Shown: one piece after another, positions 11,401-18,272 of the stretch
How positions within the stretch are numbered: the first letter of the stretch is position 1
Layout of the letters: each line of letters opens with the position of its first letter
Source: an uncultured Pseudomonadota bacterium
GTDB taxonomy: Bacteria; Oederibacteriota; Muellerivitia; Muellerivitales; Muellerivitaceae
Reading direction: 5' to 3'
Assembly (NCBI GenBank): GCA_963770835.1
Contig: CAVYRH010000002.1
Coordinates: 32,001-96,000, forward strand
Length of the DNA stretch: 64,000 bases
Notes under the pieces: model-generated
What the model was told of the DNA's origin: nothing
The model's database searches: none
Seen by the model: only the letters and a program-made list of their open reading frames with translations
Program-made: the position numbers and the translations under genes

Positions 11401-11582
11401 GAGGCTTGAATGCTGGCTGTTTGTCCCAAAATATTTCGTTCATCGGGATGAAATGACTTTTGGTAATCCCAATCAGGATTGTAAAAGCGGAAAGCTCCGC
11501 CAAGGAGGGTGATAAGGAGAAGCCAAAGAAGGGGCTTTTCAAGGTGAAAAGCGGTTGCGTTCCTTTTAACTTTCTTCCCCAC
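5430..11582 (-). CDS. 2050-aa fusion of a PMT/ArnT-like GT-C domain, a Pro/Thr linker and a DUF2298 domain
   Basis: N-terminal FHPDER loop and AEESFSVYDHP; C-half GGEAGMDF..PPQNMW..GYTFYYG, INEFPYFSVLYGDMHAH, RNNSLFKF, MGWDGHVREW; GTG start with AAGGA RBS. Confidence 0.85.
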   Translation of the reverse strand: MGKKVKRNATAFHLEKPLLWLLLITLLGGAFRFYNPDWDYQKSFHPDERNILGQTASIQASTGYKVTFFAYGQLPVYLYRATGELLSTPTFLWNLCRGNEGVSQWLYWFFLAALLGAAAWFFSRVKWSLYSFGSSAFLFTCLLLFKFFKIFSIWFDQLNDIPLKAATFALALVVSFGSSLWIAEELEMEWSEIPLYSAAGATFVFGVFPLFMGDAVTRLFGVLLFALLVVGLAIWWAWSSRWGRTILGLFTLWAFLASFDHAGRQYAGYGDCMTIGRVWAAAFSTATIVAVYYLVKRIYQNVGMALLASASFAFAVVSIEQAHYCITESFITFMLVVIALCAWEILQKGDWKSYLVAGAAFGLSMAAKTSSLYYLFIILIAHLVLLSRKSARDWEKDGKKLDENDGLYSILAGVLLTVMLGSFVVVGLKFRGVFQDLFSADPKTALVLWLTLFILLMTLGIVFFVWGIMEFKVLRAQGPQWIKLMGAGGLAFFLFCLFSPWSLLDFNGFMISQSYEWHTVSIADACYVLQFKDTPRYLYQLKNLMSVELWWPLGIAAVLGMVWVLIRFVANLVKPVKQGYLLPLPFTRDKGFEFSLPDLLLLVWFIPYFGFIGAWNTKFVRYMVPLIPIFCIFGARFLTALIQWAKSFSLGRFLRPALWILVVGPSLFYSIAYMHVYRFQHPWIESSVWIYKNIPFGSKIFNEAWGDGLPVDLNSSQDPRIDRLMTPGLYQSQDITPYEMHGFPTDDSPIKKNYYANLLPQGEYISISSKKLWYTLTDETPEFRHHGFNIYPVTSRYYRCLWSGLLGYKMVKEFHNFPSLLGWEHPDDMAEESFSVYDHPRVYLFKKVEDVSPERILKLLETDDFVKGITRDQMRDITENNVDAFIAERQQYLKDHGLLAQLEPGASTVTAVANVQEPPPVVPPKAKKPSTEPTTVPASQPTPEIKVQAPATVPGSPDAKTLQVLQDYAKNPVIENDVTNLPQDKEDGLGYQLRAWLSWVIALILLGWMALPLTLRILSSLPSGAYSLSKILGFFIFAWVVWFSTSLKICHFTFASCWVWFLLLAALSLFGYWHDQSTIKTAYAKWSKVWMIQEGAFASMFLLFTLVKMYIPHIHDPGGEGYNGGGEAGMDFGFLASVVRGETFPPQNMWMAGQPIGYTFYYGHLMMGILTKFLGLVPAVTYNLALVTLFALIFSGAFGVAFGLSGRLTSGWIAGLLCAAAGNPAGARQYLDAIHQCFVSGNLGPLLGHVYDYWGPTRVIPNSINEFPYFSVLYGDMHAHTLAMPFALLLIAVLGSYYLSENAKPFDWSKDWPKLLTTGFLLGGIAFLNTWEVPTWLILAGLALLLRSVVGLQMKVLQKGFGMILGILILSLTLLGWVATVLRGFDYQNLGGSKYLLVSFVLLALGAGIIVLFVRKATKGFAKHLTAVGLALAGILLVMLVTWCPFFSSFVPQQSEVLWVTPSLRTSLGDFFGIYGLFVTVLGLSFVVGSHKELVDWLGRPAKGRLNFDLILDKFTGFLERFISPQHPISGVLFFGIVTMTVIWGASWVHWTDPVDKAYFSLMIATPAAIVLALAIVFRTVWGFWLAVLSIGLLWVTALILRVFHLYQDAPLTLGLGLFSILWLSAFLYLGMVLKVFKDRKLSYSYLLVSLFFFIVATLEIFVMKEYLGGDYLRNNSLFKFGINAWELASIMVGVFVPRIFDSFAFLLKTVKKEVRSARVVLIGVSTAILFVLFRSLLDSFLPSMEIPIVYVLDLVLVAGFVGWCWVEDWVKNQVLKISIGIVGGILGLFSLLPLFSQFSYGTVLGLAQRWVSDFDSGILFPALLSAAVLGGLYLLWEGKRDIGQLMVFNSWRALLLMFAIMVCVYPYAATIRKCHGFLDVFRKQWVGYTENLTLDGLAYIPRESPYDAAAIRFLNNHIPDQPCLLEFVGEGYNSWGSRYSIFTGIPALMGWDGHVREWLTGRPGMDADISQRFLATDQIFKSTDSELVKKMLDAYGVRLVMVGAVERYGVPGRKGGYPAEGLAKFSSFLPLIYKNPQVEIYYNPPSAQN

Positions 11583-11717
11583 TTCGTTTCCTTTTCGATG
11601 GTCGAATTAAATAAGAAAAATCCCGATAAAACCGCAAAAGCCTGAATTTTCAAACGGCGCTTAGTATAACTTATCAATGTGTCAATGCATACTTTCAAAA
11701 CGGCGGGAAAAATGGGC

Positions 11718-12098
11718 TTATCGGCAATAGATCCGGAATTCACCCATGTTCAGGTTGTTACAAAAAGCCTTGAAAGTATAAACGCCCTTGGCTGGGAATA
11801 ATATGCGCCACGCCGTAATCAAGTCATGCATTGGAAATTCCCCGTCAAATTGTATTTTCCGTGGGATGCTGTCTGAAATTTTTTCACTGTTTTCATTATA
11901 GAGTGATATATCGATTTGGAATTCCCCCTTCCCTTCATAAATAAACCGGGCAAAAGTCATGAATTCGGCGCCCCAAGGATAAGTGGGGGGACTGAATCCC
12001 TGGAAAACGCCCCTGAGGTCGTAATTCTTGGTAAGAACATCCTGTAGGATATTGTTGCAACAAAGGAACGAGGAAACTTTGGGTAAATTAAATTCCAT
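11718..12098 (-). CDS. Small hypothetical protein (DUF6941-like)
   Basis: 126-aa ORF; LCCNNILQD..YDLRGVF..YP..FPAKGVYTF pattern resembles DUF6941. Confidence 0.6.
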   Translation of the reverse strand: MEFNLPKVSSFLCCNNILQDVLTKNYDLRGVFQGFSPPTYPWGAEFMTFARFIYEGKGEFQIDISLYNENSEKISDSIPRKIQFDGEFPMHDLITAWRILFPAKGVYTFKAFCNNLNMGEFRIYCR

Positions 12099-12505
12099 CT
12101 TTCAGCCCTTGTTTTCTTATGGTTTTCTTGATTTCGGAAGTTTTAGGATATCCGGAAAGACTCCCACAAGAAGGATATATCCGTGGAAACCCTACAGAAA
12201 TTATAAGTGCGGACCACCCGCAGGTAGTTGGTTTAGAAAAAGGACGTTAAATCCGTCCCAAGCCTAAGCGATATCGCCTTGAAGATCATTGTCAATTTTA
12301 AACCCAGAGTGGGACGAAATGAATGCTTTTCCACGACGTTTTATCTCATGCGGATAATGCCCACAAAATTCAACAACATGAAAATGCCCCTTTACCTTGA
12401 TAAAAAATCAGGTAAGGGGCAAATTCTGTTGCTTCAAAATATCCTCACCCCTTCTCTCAAGGGTGAAGGTAAAAGCTATTGTTGGGTTATATCGATCCCA
12501 GCCGG

Positions 12506-14674
12506 TTAGTACTGGAAGAGCATTTCCCGGTATTTCGGCAGCGGCCAGAGGTCGTCGTCGACGATGGTTTCCAGCCAGTCGGCAATTTCCCGGACTTTCA
12601 ACATGGCCGGAATGACTGAGTCCTTGAAGGATGCGGCTGTCTGGTGAAGGCTGGACCCGCCATTGGCGCTTTCAATAAGCTTGTCCAAAGCCTCCACAGC
12701 CTCGTACAAGTCGCTGGCGCCCTTGGCAACTTCCTCCAACAGGGCGTTTTGGCCCTTCTGGCTGGACTTGACCACGGCCGCGGTAGTCTGGACGGTCTGG
12801 GCCAATTCGCTCTGGTACTTGAGGACCGCCGGAAGGATCTGATTCTTGGCGATGTCCACCGTGGCGTTGGCCTCGATGTTGACCACCTTCACGTAACGCT
12901 CCCACATGATTTCCTCGCGGGCGTCATATTCCTTCTCGTTCAGGACCTTGTACTTAGCGAAGAGTTCCTTGTATTCCTTCTTTGGCATGGCCTTCAAGGC
13001 ATCTACCGTGGATTTGAGGTTCGGCAACCCCCTCTTTTGCGCTTCCGCGTGCCAATCGGCGGCGTAGTTGTTGCCGTTAAAGAGTACTTTCTTGTGCTCC
13101 TTGATCTCCTTCTGGAGGATGGCGGCCAGGGTTTTGTTCAGATCCCCGCCCTTTTCCAGTTCAGTTGCAATACGGTCGATGGACTCGGCCACGATCGTAT
13201 TGAGGATGGTGTTGGGCCAGTAAATGGCGGCCGTGGACCCCACCGCGCGGAACTCGAACTTGTTGCCCGTGAAGGCAAAGGGCGACGTACGGTTGCGGTC
13301 TGTGGCGTCCTTGGGGAGGGGCGGAAGGATGGAAACACCCAATTGCATGGTTCCCCCCGACTTGCTGGAGGAGGCCGGCCCCTTTTCCAACTGGTCGACG
13401 ATGTCCTGAAGTTGGTCTCCCAGGAATACCGACATGATGGCGGGAGGAGCCTCATTGGCCCCCAACCGATGGTCGTTACCGGGCCCGCAAATCCCGATCC
13501 TGAGAAGTTCAGCGTACTTGTCCACCGCCGTAAACGTGGCCACCAAGAAGGCCAGGAACTGGGCGTTAGCATGGGGAGTCTTGCCTGGCTCCAAGAGATT
13601 CTCCCCCTCGTTTGTGGCCATGGACCAATTATTGTGCTTGCCGTTGCCATTGATCCCCGCGAAGGGCTTCTCGTGAAGCAGGCATACCAGTCCGTGGCGA
13701 AGAGCCACACGGCGCAACAGCTCCATGACGATCATGTTATGGTCCGCTGCGATGGAGGACTTTTCGAAAAGGGGCGCCATCTCGAATTGGGCCGGCGCCA
13801 CTTCGTTATGCCGGGTCTTGGAGGGGATCCCCAGGCGCCACAGTTCCCGGTCCAGGTCCATCATATAGGCAAGGATGCGCTCGCGGATGGCCCCGAAGTA
13901 ATGGTCTTCCAGTTCCTGCCCGCGGTAGGGAGGCGCGCCGAAAAGGGTCCGTCCCCCTGCGATCAGGTCCGGCCGAAGTTCAAAGTATTTTCGGTCGATT
14001 AGAAAATATTCCTGCTCGGGACCCATGGTGGTAAAAACATGCTTGGCGGTCTTGTTCCCGAAAACCCTCAGCAGGCGGACGGCCTGAGTGGATAAGCTTT
14101 CCATCGAGCGAAGGAGCGGGGTCTTGAGGTCGAGAGCTTCTTCAGTGTAACTCACGAAGGCCGTGGGAATAGTCAGGGTGGCTCCGTTCACTTCCTGCTG
14201 AATGAAGGCCGGGGTGGTGGGATCCCAAGCAGTGTAACCCCGGGCTTCAAAGGTGGAACGGGTTCCGCCCGAGGGGAAAGAAGACGCATCCGGTTCCCCT
14301 TTTATGAGGGTCTTACCCTCGAACTCAGCCAAAGCTCCGCCTTCCGGTGTGGGTTCTAGGAAGGTATCGTGCTTTTCCGCGCCCAATCCTGTCAGGGGAA
14401 TAAACCAATGGGTATAGTGGGAGGCCCCGTGGGAGAGGGCCCATTCCTTCATTCCCTGGGCGACCTGGTCGGCAATGGAGGCGTCCAGCGGTTCCCCGCG
14501 AAAGGTGGTGGCCCGGAGCTTCTTATAAACATCCTTGGACAGGTACTGCTTTTGGGCTGCGTCGTTGAAAACCAGGGACCCGAAAATCTCGTTTCCCGGT
14601 TCGGACTTATAATTTTCAATCGGCGGGACTTCTTTCCCTATGGATAAGGCGACCTTCTGGCGGGACGATGACAT
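12506..14674 (-). CDS. glnA: Glutamine synthetase type III
   Basis: [84 protein letters not shown]. Confidence 0.97.
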   Translation of the reverse strand: MSSSRQKVALSIGKEVPPIENYKSEPGNEIFGSLVFNDAAQKQYLSKDVYKKLRATTFRGEPLDASIADQVAQGMKEWALSHGASHYTHWFIPLTGLGAEKHDTFLEPTPEGGALAEFEGKTLIKGEPDASSFPSGGTRSTFEARGYTAWDPTTPAFIQQEVNGATLTIPTAFVSYTEEALDLKTPLLRSMESLSTQAVRLLRVFGNKTAKHVFTTMGPEQEYFLIDRKYFELRPDLIAGGRTLFGAPPYRGQELEDHYFGAIRERILAYMMDLDRELWRLGIPSKTRHNEVAPAQFEMAPLFEKSSIAADHNMIVMELLRRVALRHGLVCLLHEKPFAGINGNGKHNNWSMATNEGENLLEPGKTPHANAQFLAFLVATFTAVDKYAELLRIGICGPGNDHRLGANEAPPAIMSVFLGDQLQDIVDQLEKGPASSSKSGGTMQLGVSILPPLPKDATDRNRTSPFAFTGNKFEFRAVGSTAAIYWPNTILNTIVAESIDRIATELEKGGDLNKTLAAILQKEIKEHKKVLFNGNNYAADWHAEAQKRGLPNLKSTVDALKAMPKKEYKELFAKYKVLNEKEYDAREEIMWERYVKVVNIEANATVDIAKNQILPAVLKYQSELAQTVQTTAAVVKSSQKGQNALLEEVAKGASDLYEAVEALDKLIESANGGSSLHQTAASFKDSVIPAMLKVREIADWLETIVDDDLWPLPKYREMLFQY

Positions 14675-14958
14675 GAGTTTGGCTCCTTACGAGTAGTTTG
14701 AACGGCGTAACGGCACCGGCAGAACCCCACACTGTTTGTTTCAGGGCGACGCGCTTTGGAAAGGCGTCGGTCAGCAAAAAACAAACCGAGGAACGTAAGA
14801 GTACTCTCACCCGAAAGAGTTCTTCAAGGGTTTTTCACAATCAATTTGGCGGGGCTCAACAAAACAACAAGGTGGTAGCACGGAACTGTACAGCCCTACA
14901 AAATCGTTTGTTTTTTGGAACCTACATGCCGAGAATAAGTAATTTTTGCAGGCATAAC

Positions 14959-14995
14959 AAAAAAGCCCGGGCCCCTTAAGGGAACCCGGGCTTTT
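14959..14995 (-). terminator. Intrinsic terminator downstream of the oxidoreductase beta subunit
   Basis: AAAAGCCCGGG..CCCGGGCTTTT hairpin with a T-run on the minus strand. Confidence 0.8.
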
Positions 14996-15008
14996 ACTCC
15001 ACAAAATC

Positions 15009-15992
15009 TTAAAACAAAAATTCTTCGTACGACTTCGATAAATCCGTGGTCGGTAGGTGGCTGGCATCCTCGTAAGGCACTCGAACCGGCGAGTATTTCT
15101 TAAGCATCGGCGCTTGGGCCTGCATGCGCTCCACATAGGTAGGCAGCTTGATCTCATAGAAAACCCCAACCGGAATACGGTCGCCGTGGTAATGGGCCAG
15201 TTCAAATGCCAATTTTTGCTTGGCGGCTACCTCGTCGAGGTTGGTGGGATCATTAACCGAACCGTCGTGCCCCGATTCGTTGGCGTTGAAGATGCGGGGC
15301 AGCATGGTATTCTCCCCTTCCCCCTTCACCTTCTTATTGAACCATTCGGCCGTGTGAAGGTCGTTGAAAGTGGGACAGGGTTGCAACACGTCCAAAAGGG
15401 CCATGCCCTTGTGCTCGATAGCCTTCTTGATCATTTCCTTCAGGTGTTTGCCGTCGAAGGCATAGCTGCGGCCGATCCAGGTGTAACCCGAACTCAAGGC
15501 CAAGGCCAGGGGTTGAATCGCGTCGTTCGTGTTTGGAAGTGGGAGGGATTTTGTTTGTTGGCCCCGGCCCAAGGTAGGTGCGGCCTGGCCTTTTGTCAGA
15601 CCGTAAACCTCGTTCGTGAAAACAATATAGGCCATGTCCACATTCCGGCGTCCTGCGTGCACAAAATGTCCGGCGCCGATTCCATATCCATCACCATCTC
15701 CACCACAAGCTATCACTTCCAAGTCGGGATTGGCCAATTTGGCCCCCACCGCGAAAGGAAGAACTCTACCGTGAAGGGTATGAACCCCGTGGGAAGACAT
15801 GTAATTGAAGGTCTTTCCCGAGCAGCCGATCCCGGCAAAAACCATGGTTTCCCACGGCGGCAATGCCAGTTCGGCGCAGGATTGCTGGATGGCCTGCAGG
15901 ATGCCGAAGTCACCGCATCCAGGGCACCAGTCATTATGAACATCACTTTTGTATGCAGATACCGTTAACGGAGTTTGAAGTTTAGAGGCCAT
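15009..15992 (-). CDS. 2-oxoacid:ferredoxin oxidoreductase beta subunit (TPP-binding)
   Basis: WCPGCGDF, GIGCSG, HTLHGR, GGDGDGYGIG, YGLTKGQ, QPCPTFN. Confidence 0.95.
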   Translation of the reverse strand: MASKLQTPLTVSAYKSDVHNDWCPGCGDFGILQAIQQSCAELALPPWETMVFAGIGCSGKTFNYMSSHGVHTLHGRVLPFAVGAKLANPDLEVIACGGDGDGYGIGAGHFVHAGRRNVDMAYIVFTNEVYGLTKGQAAPTLGRGQQTKSLPLPNTNDAIQPLALALSSGYTWIGRSYAFDGKHLKEMIKKAIEHKGMALLDVLQPCPTFNDLHTAEWFNKKVKGEGENTMLPRIFNANESGHDGSVNDPTNLDEVAAKQKLAFELAHYHGDRIPVGVFYEIKLPTYVERMQAQAPMLKKYSPVRVPYEDASHLPTTDLSKSYEEFLF

Positions 15993-17850
15993 AGGTCAAC
16001 ACCACCTTTTCAATTGACATGCCGGTCAGTGGATCCACTTCCGGGGAAACCTGCTTCTTCATGATCTTCTCAACTGCGTCCAGAATCTCGTTCAAAGACA
16101 TGGGCCTTCCGGTGTACTTCACAATTTGGCTGGGAATGAAGATGCCGGTCGCCATGCGGATCAGGTGACCTAACTGGGTGCCCCAGTTGTTTTCCACGAT
16201 GACCAGCTTTTTAGCCTTCTTGAGGATTTTGTCTGTGGCAATCGGGAAAGGGTTCAGCATCCTGAAATGAAGGAAATTGGCGTTGATTCCCTTCTCCTTC
16301 AAAACTGGGAGGGCGTCCTCCAACACTCCGTAGGTCGTGCCCCAACAAATAAGAGTGATGTCCGCATTGGGGTCGCCGTGCAGGCTGTACTGCCGGTCCT
16401 CGGGGATCTGTTCGAGCATCAGCCGGTACTTGGACATGCGCTTCTCGTGCATCTTCCTGCGGTTCTCGGGATTTTCCGTAATATGGCCGTAATCGTCGTG
16501 TTCGTCCCCAGTCATCCAATAAGGGCTACCCTCCTGCCCAGGATAGGGCCGGGGGGACAGGACCGTCTTGGGGTCGGGTCGAAAGCGAGGAAAGCCCTTG
16601 CCGTCGGCGATAGCGGCTTCCAGTTCCTTCGGCGTGGCCAGGCGGCCCCGATCGATGATCAGGTTGTCTTCCTTGAAGGGAGGAATCGTTTCAAGGCTGT
16701 GGGTCAAAAACTTGTCGTTCAGGATGATGACGGGAGTCTGGAACTTATCGGCGTAGTTGAAAGACTCAAATGCCATGTGGAAATGGTCATCGATGGTGGC
16801 TGGCGACATAACCAAGCGGGGATATTCGCCGTGTCCGCCGAATGTGGCGAACATCAGATCTCCCTGCTCGTGCCGAGTTGGAAGCCCGGTCGAGGGGCCG
16901 CCGCGTTGATAATTGAAAAGAACGATCGGCACTTCATTCATGCCGCCCCAGCCCAAGCCCTCCGCCATCAAGCAAAAACCAGGGCCAGAAGTGGCGGTGG
17001 AGGCGCGCACGCCCGTAGTGGCCGCGCCCAGCGCCATGTCGATGGCCGCGATTTCATCCTCGCATTGGACGACCGCGATCCCATATTCAGGATGGCTTTC
17101 CAAGTAATTGCTCTCGTCGGTCGCCGGGCTGATGGGGTAATAGGACTGGTACCGGCAACCCGCCTTCAATTTTCCCAAAGAGTTGGCTTGAGCGCCGTTG
17201 ATCAAAAGGCGCTTGGGGGTGTTCTTTTGAGGTTCCAAATGGTAGGGGAACTGATTGTGCATTTCTTCCGGTAGGGCTTCCACCGCCTCATAAGCCTTTT
17301 TCGTGGCGGCCACGTTAGGGGCTACGAGCTTAGCCTTACGTCCCGTGTAGATGCGGGCCAGTGTTTCCTCGACGTGGGACATGTCCATCCGCAAAAGCGC
17401 CATGGAGGCGGCCACCGCGATGGTGTTCTTCATAAGGGATAGGGTGCCGTACTCCATGCCGGTGACTTCCGCGACGTGGCGGATGACCGAGTTAAAGTCA
17501 ATGGGTAATGTGATGACACCGGATTTCAAGTTCAGATCGTCCAACGTTATTTTGGTGGGATCGTAAATAAGGGCCCCACTTTTCACCACTTCATGAGCGT
17601 GGAGGCGGGCCGTGGAATCCTCAAAGGTGGCCAGTATGTGGACTTCGTCGACATGGCTATGAATCGGCTTGTCCGAAACACGGACTTGGAAATAACTATG
17701 CTTTCCCTTGATGTTGGAGTGGTATTCGCGCTTGCCGAATATCCAGAGGCCGGCAGTGGCACAAGCCTGCGAAAAAAGGTTAGCGGAAGAGTCGACCCCT
17801 GTTCCCTGGGGGCCTCCGATCATCCAATTGACTTCGTTGACAACTTTCAT
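15982..17850 (-). CDS. 2-oxoacid:ferredoxin oxidoreductase alpha subunit (gamma-alpha fusion)
   Basis: IGGPQGTGV, YPISPATD, EDEIAA, TATSGPGF, QRGGPSTGLPT; ATG at 17850 with AGGAG RBS. Confidence 0.95.
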   Translation of the reverse strand: MKVVNEVNWMIGGPQGTGVDSSANLFSQACATAGLWIFGKREYHSNIKGKHSYFQVRVSDKPIHSHVDEVHILATFEDSTARLHAHEVVKSGALIYDPTKITLDDLNLKSGVITLPIDFNSVIRHVAEVTGMEYGTLSLMKNTIAVAASMALLRMDMSHVEETLARIYTGRKAKLVAPNVAATKKAYEAVEALPEEMHNQFPYHLEPQKNTPKRLLINGAQANSLGKLKAGCRYQSYYPISPATDESNYLESHPEYGIAVVQCEDEIAAIDMALGAATTGVRASTATSGPGFCLMAEGLGWGGMNEVPIVLFNYQRGGPSTGLPTRHEQGDLMFATFGGHGEYPRLVMSPATIDDHFHMAFESFNYADKFQTPVIILNDKFLTHSLETIPPFKEDNLIIDRGRLATPKELEAAIADGKGFPRFRPDPKTVLSPRPYPGQEGSPYWMTGDEHDDYGHITENPENRRKMHEKRMSKYRLMLEQIPEDRQYSLHGDPNADITLICWGTTYGVLEDALPVLKEKGINANFLHFRMLNPFPIATDKILKKAKKLVIVENNWGTQLGHLIRMATGIFIPSQIVKYTGRPMSLNEILDAVEKIMKKQVSPEVDPLTGMSIEKVVLTYGL

Positions 17851-18065
17851 TTTCAACTCCTACGGTAGGATGGAGACGTCAAGCCAGAAAAGAGCCCGAC
17901 GCCAAAATAAAATATACGGGTTTCGCCCGCAAAAAACAATTCGATTAGTGGGCGTTTCACCCGGTGGATAAATGGCATCCAACCCAAGTTCCCCGAGAAG
18001 ATTTTGAGGCTCAAACCGCGCCCCCAACATGATCAAAATCATATTTCTAGGCATGGAAACCAGGG

Positions 18066-18200
18066 TCAGCTCTCGAAGGGATCTCCGGCTTCCTTCTTCT
18101 TGATTCTTTCCATCAACTGGCGTTTAGCGGATTTTTGTACTCGGGATTGGGGCTTAATGGCCCAAACCTTGCGTGTTTTCTTGGGTTTCGGCTTTTTCAT
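18066..18200 (-). CDS. Small basic protein (44 aa), below the ORF-track cutoff
   Basis: AGGAGG RBS upstream; MKKPKPKKTRKVWAIKPQSRVQKSAKRQLMERIKKKEAGDPFES*. Confidence 0.6.
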   Translation of the reverse strand: MKKPKPKKTRKVWAIKPQSRVQKSAKRQLMERIKKKEAGDPFES

Positions 18201-18272
18201 TTCAAAATTTCTCTCCTCCTACACTAAAATTCTCAAGGACATTCTACATCCAACTCCCTGAAGGAGGCCCTA

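Noticed and set aside
12644..14002. 452-aa plus-strand ORF, and similar long antisense ORFs at 15057, 16267, 58295 and 59196
   Set aside because: Shadow frames of GC3-rich conserved genes; no recognisable motifs or RBS
14690..14800. Possible glnA (glutamine) riboswitch suggested by CCGAGGAACG
   Set aside because: The motif is on the antisense strand and lacks the paired CGTTC..GGAAGTA core
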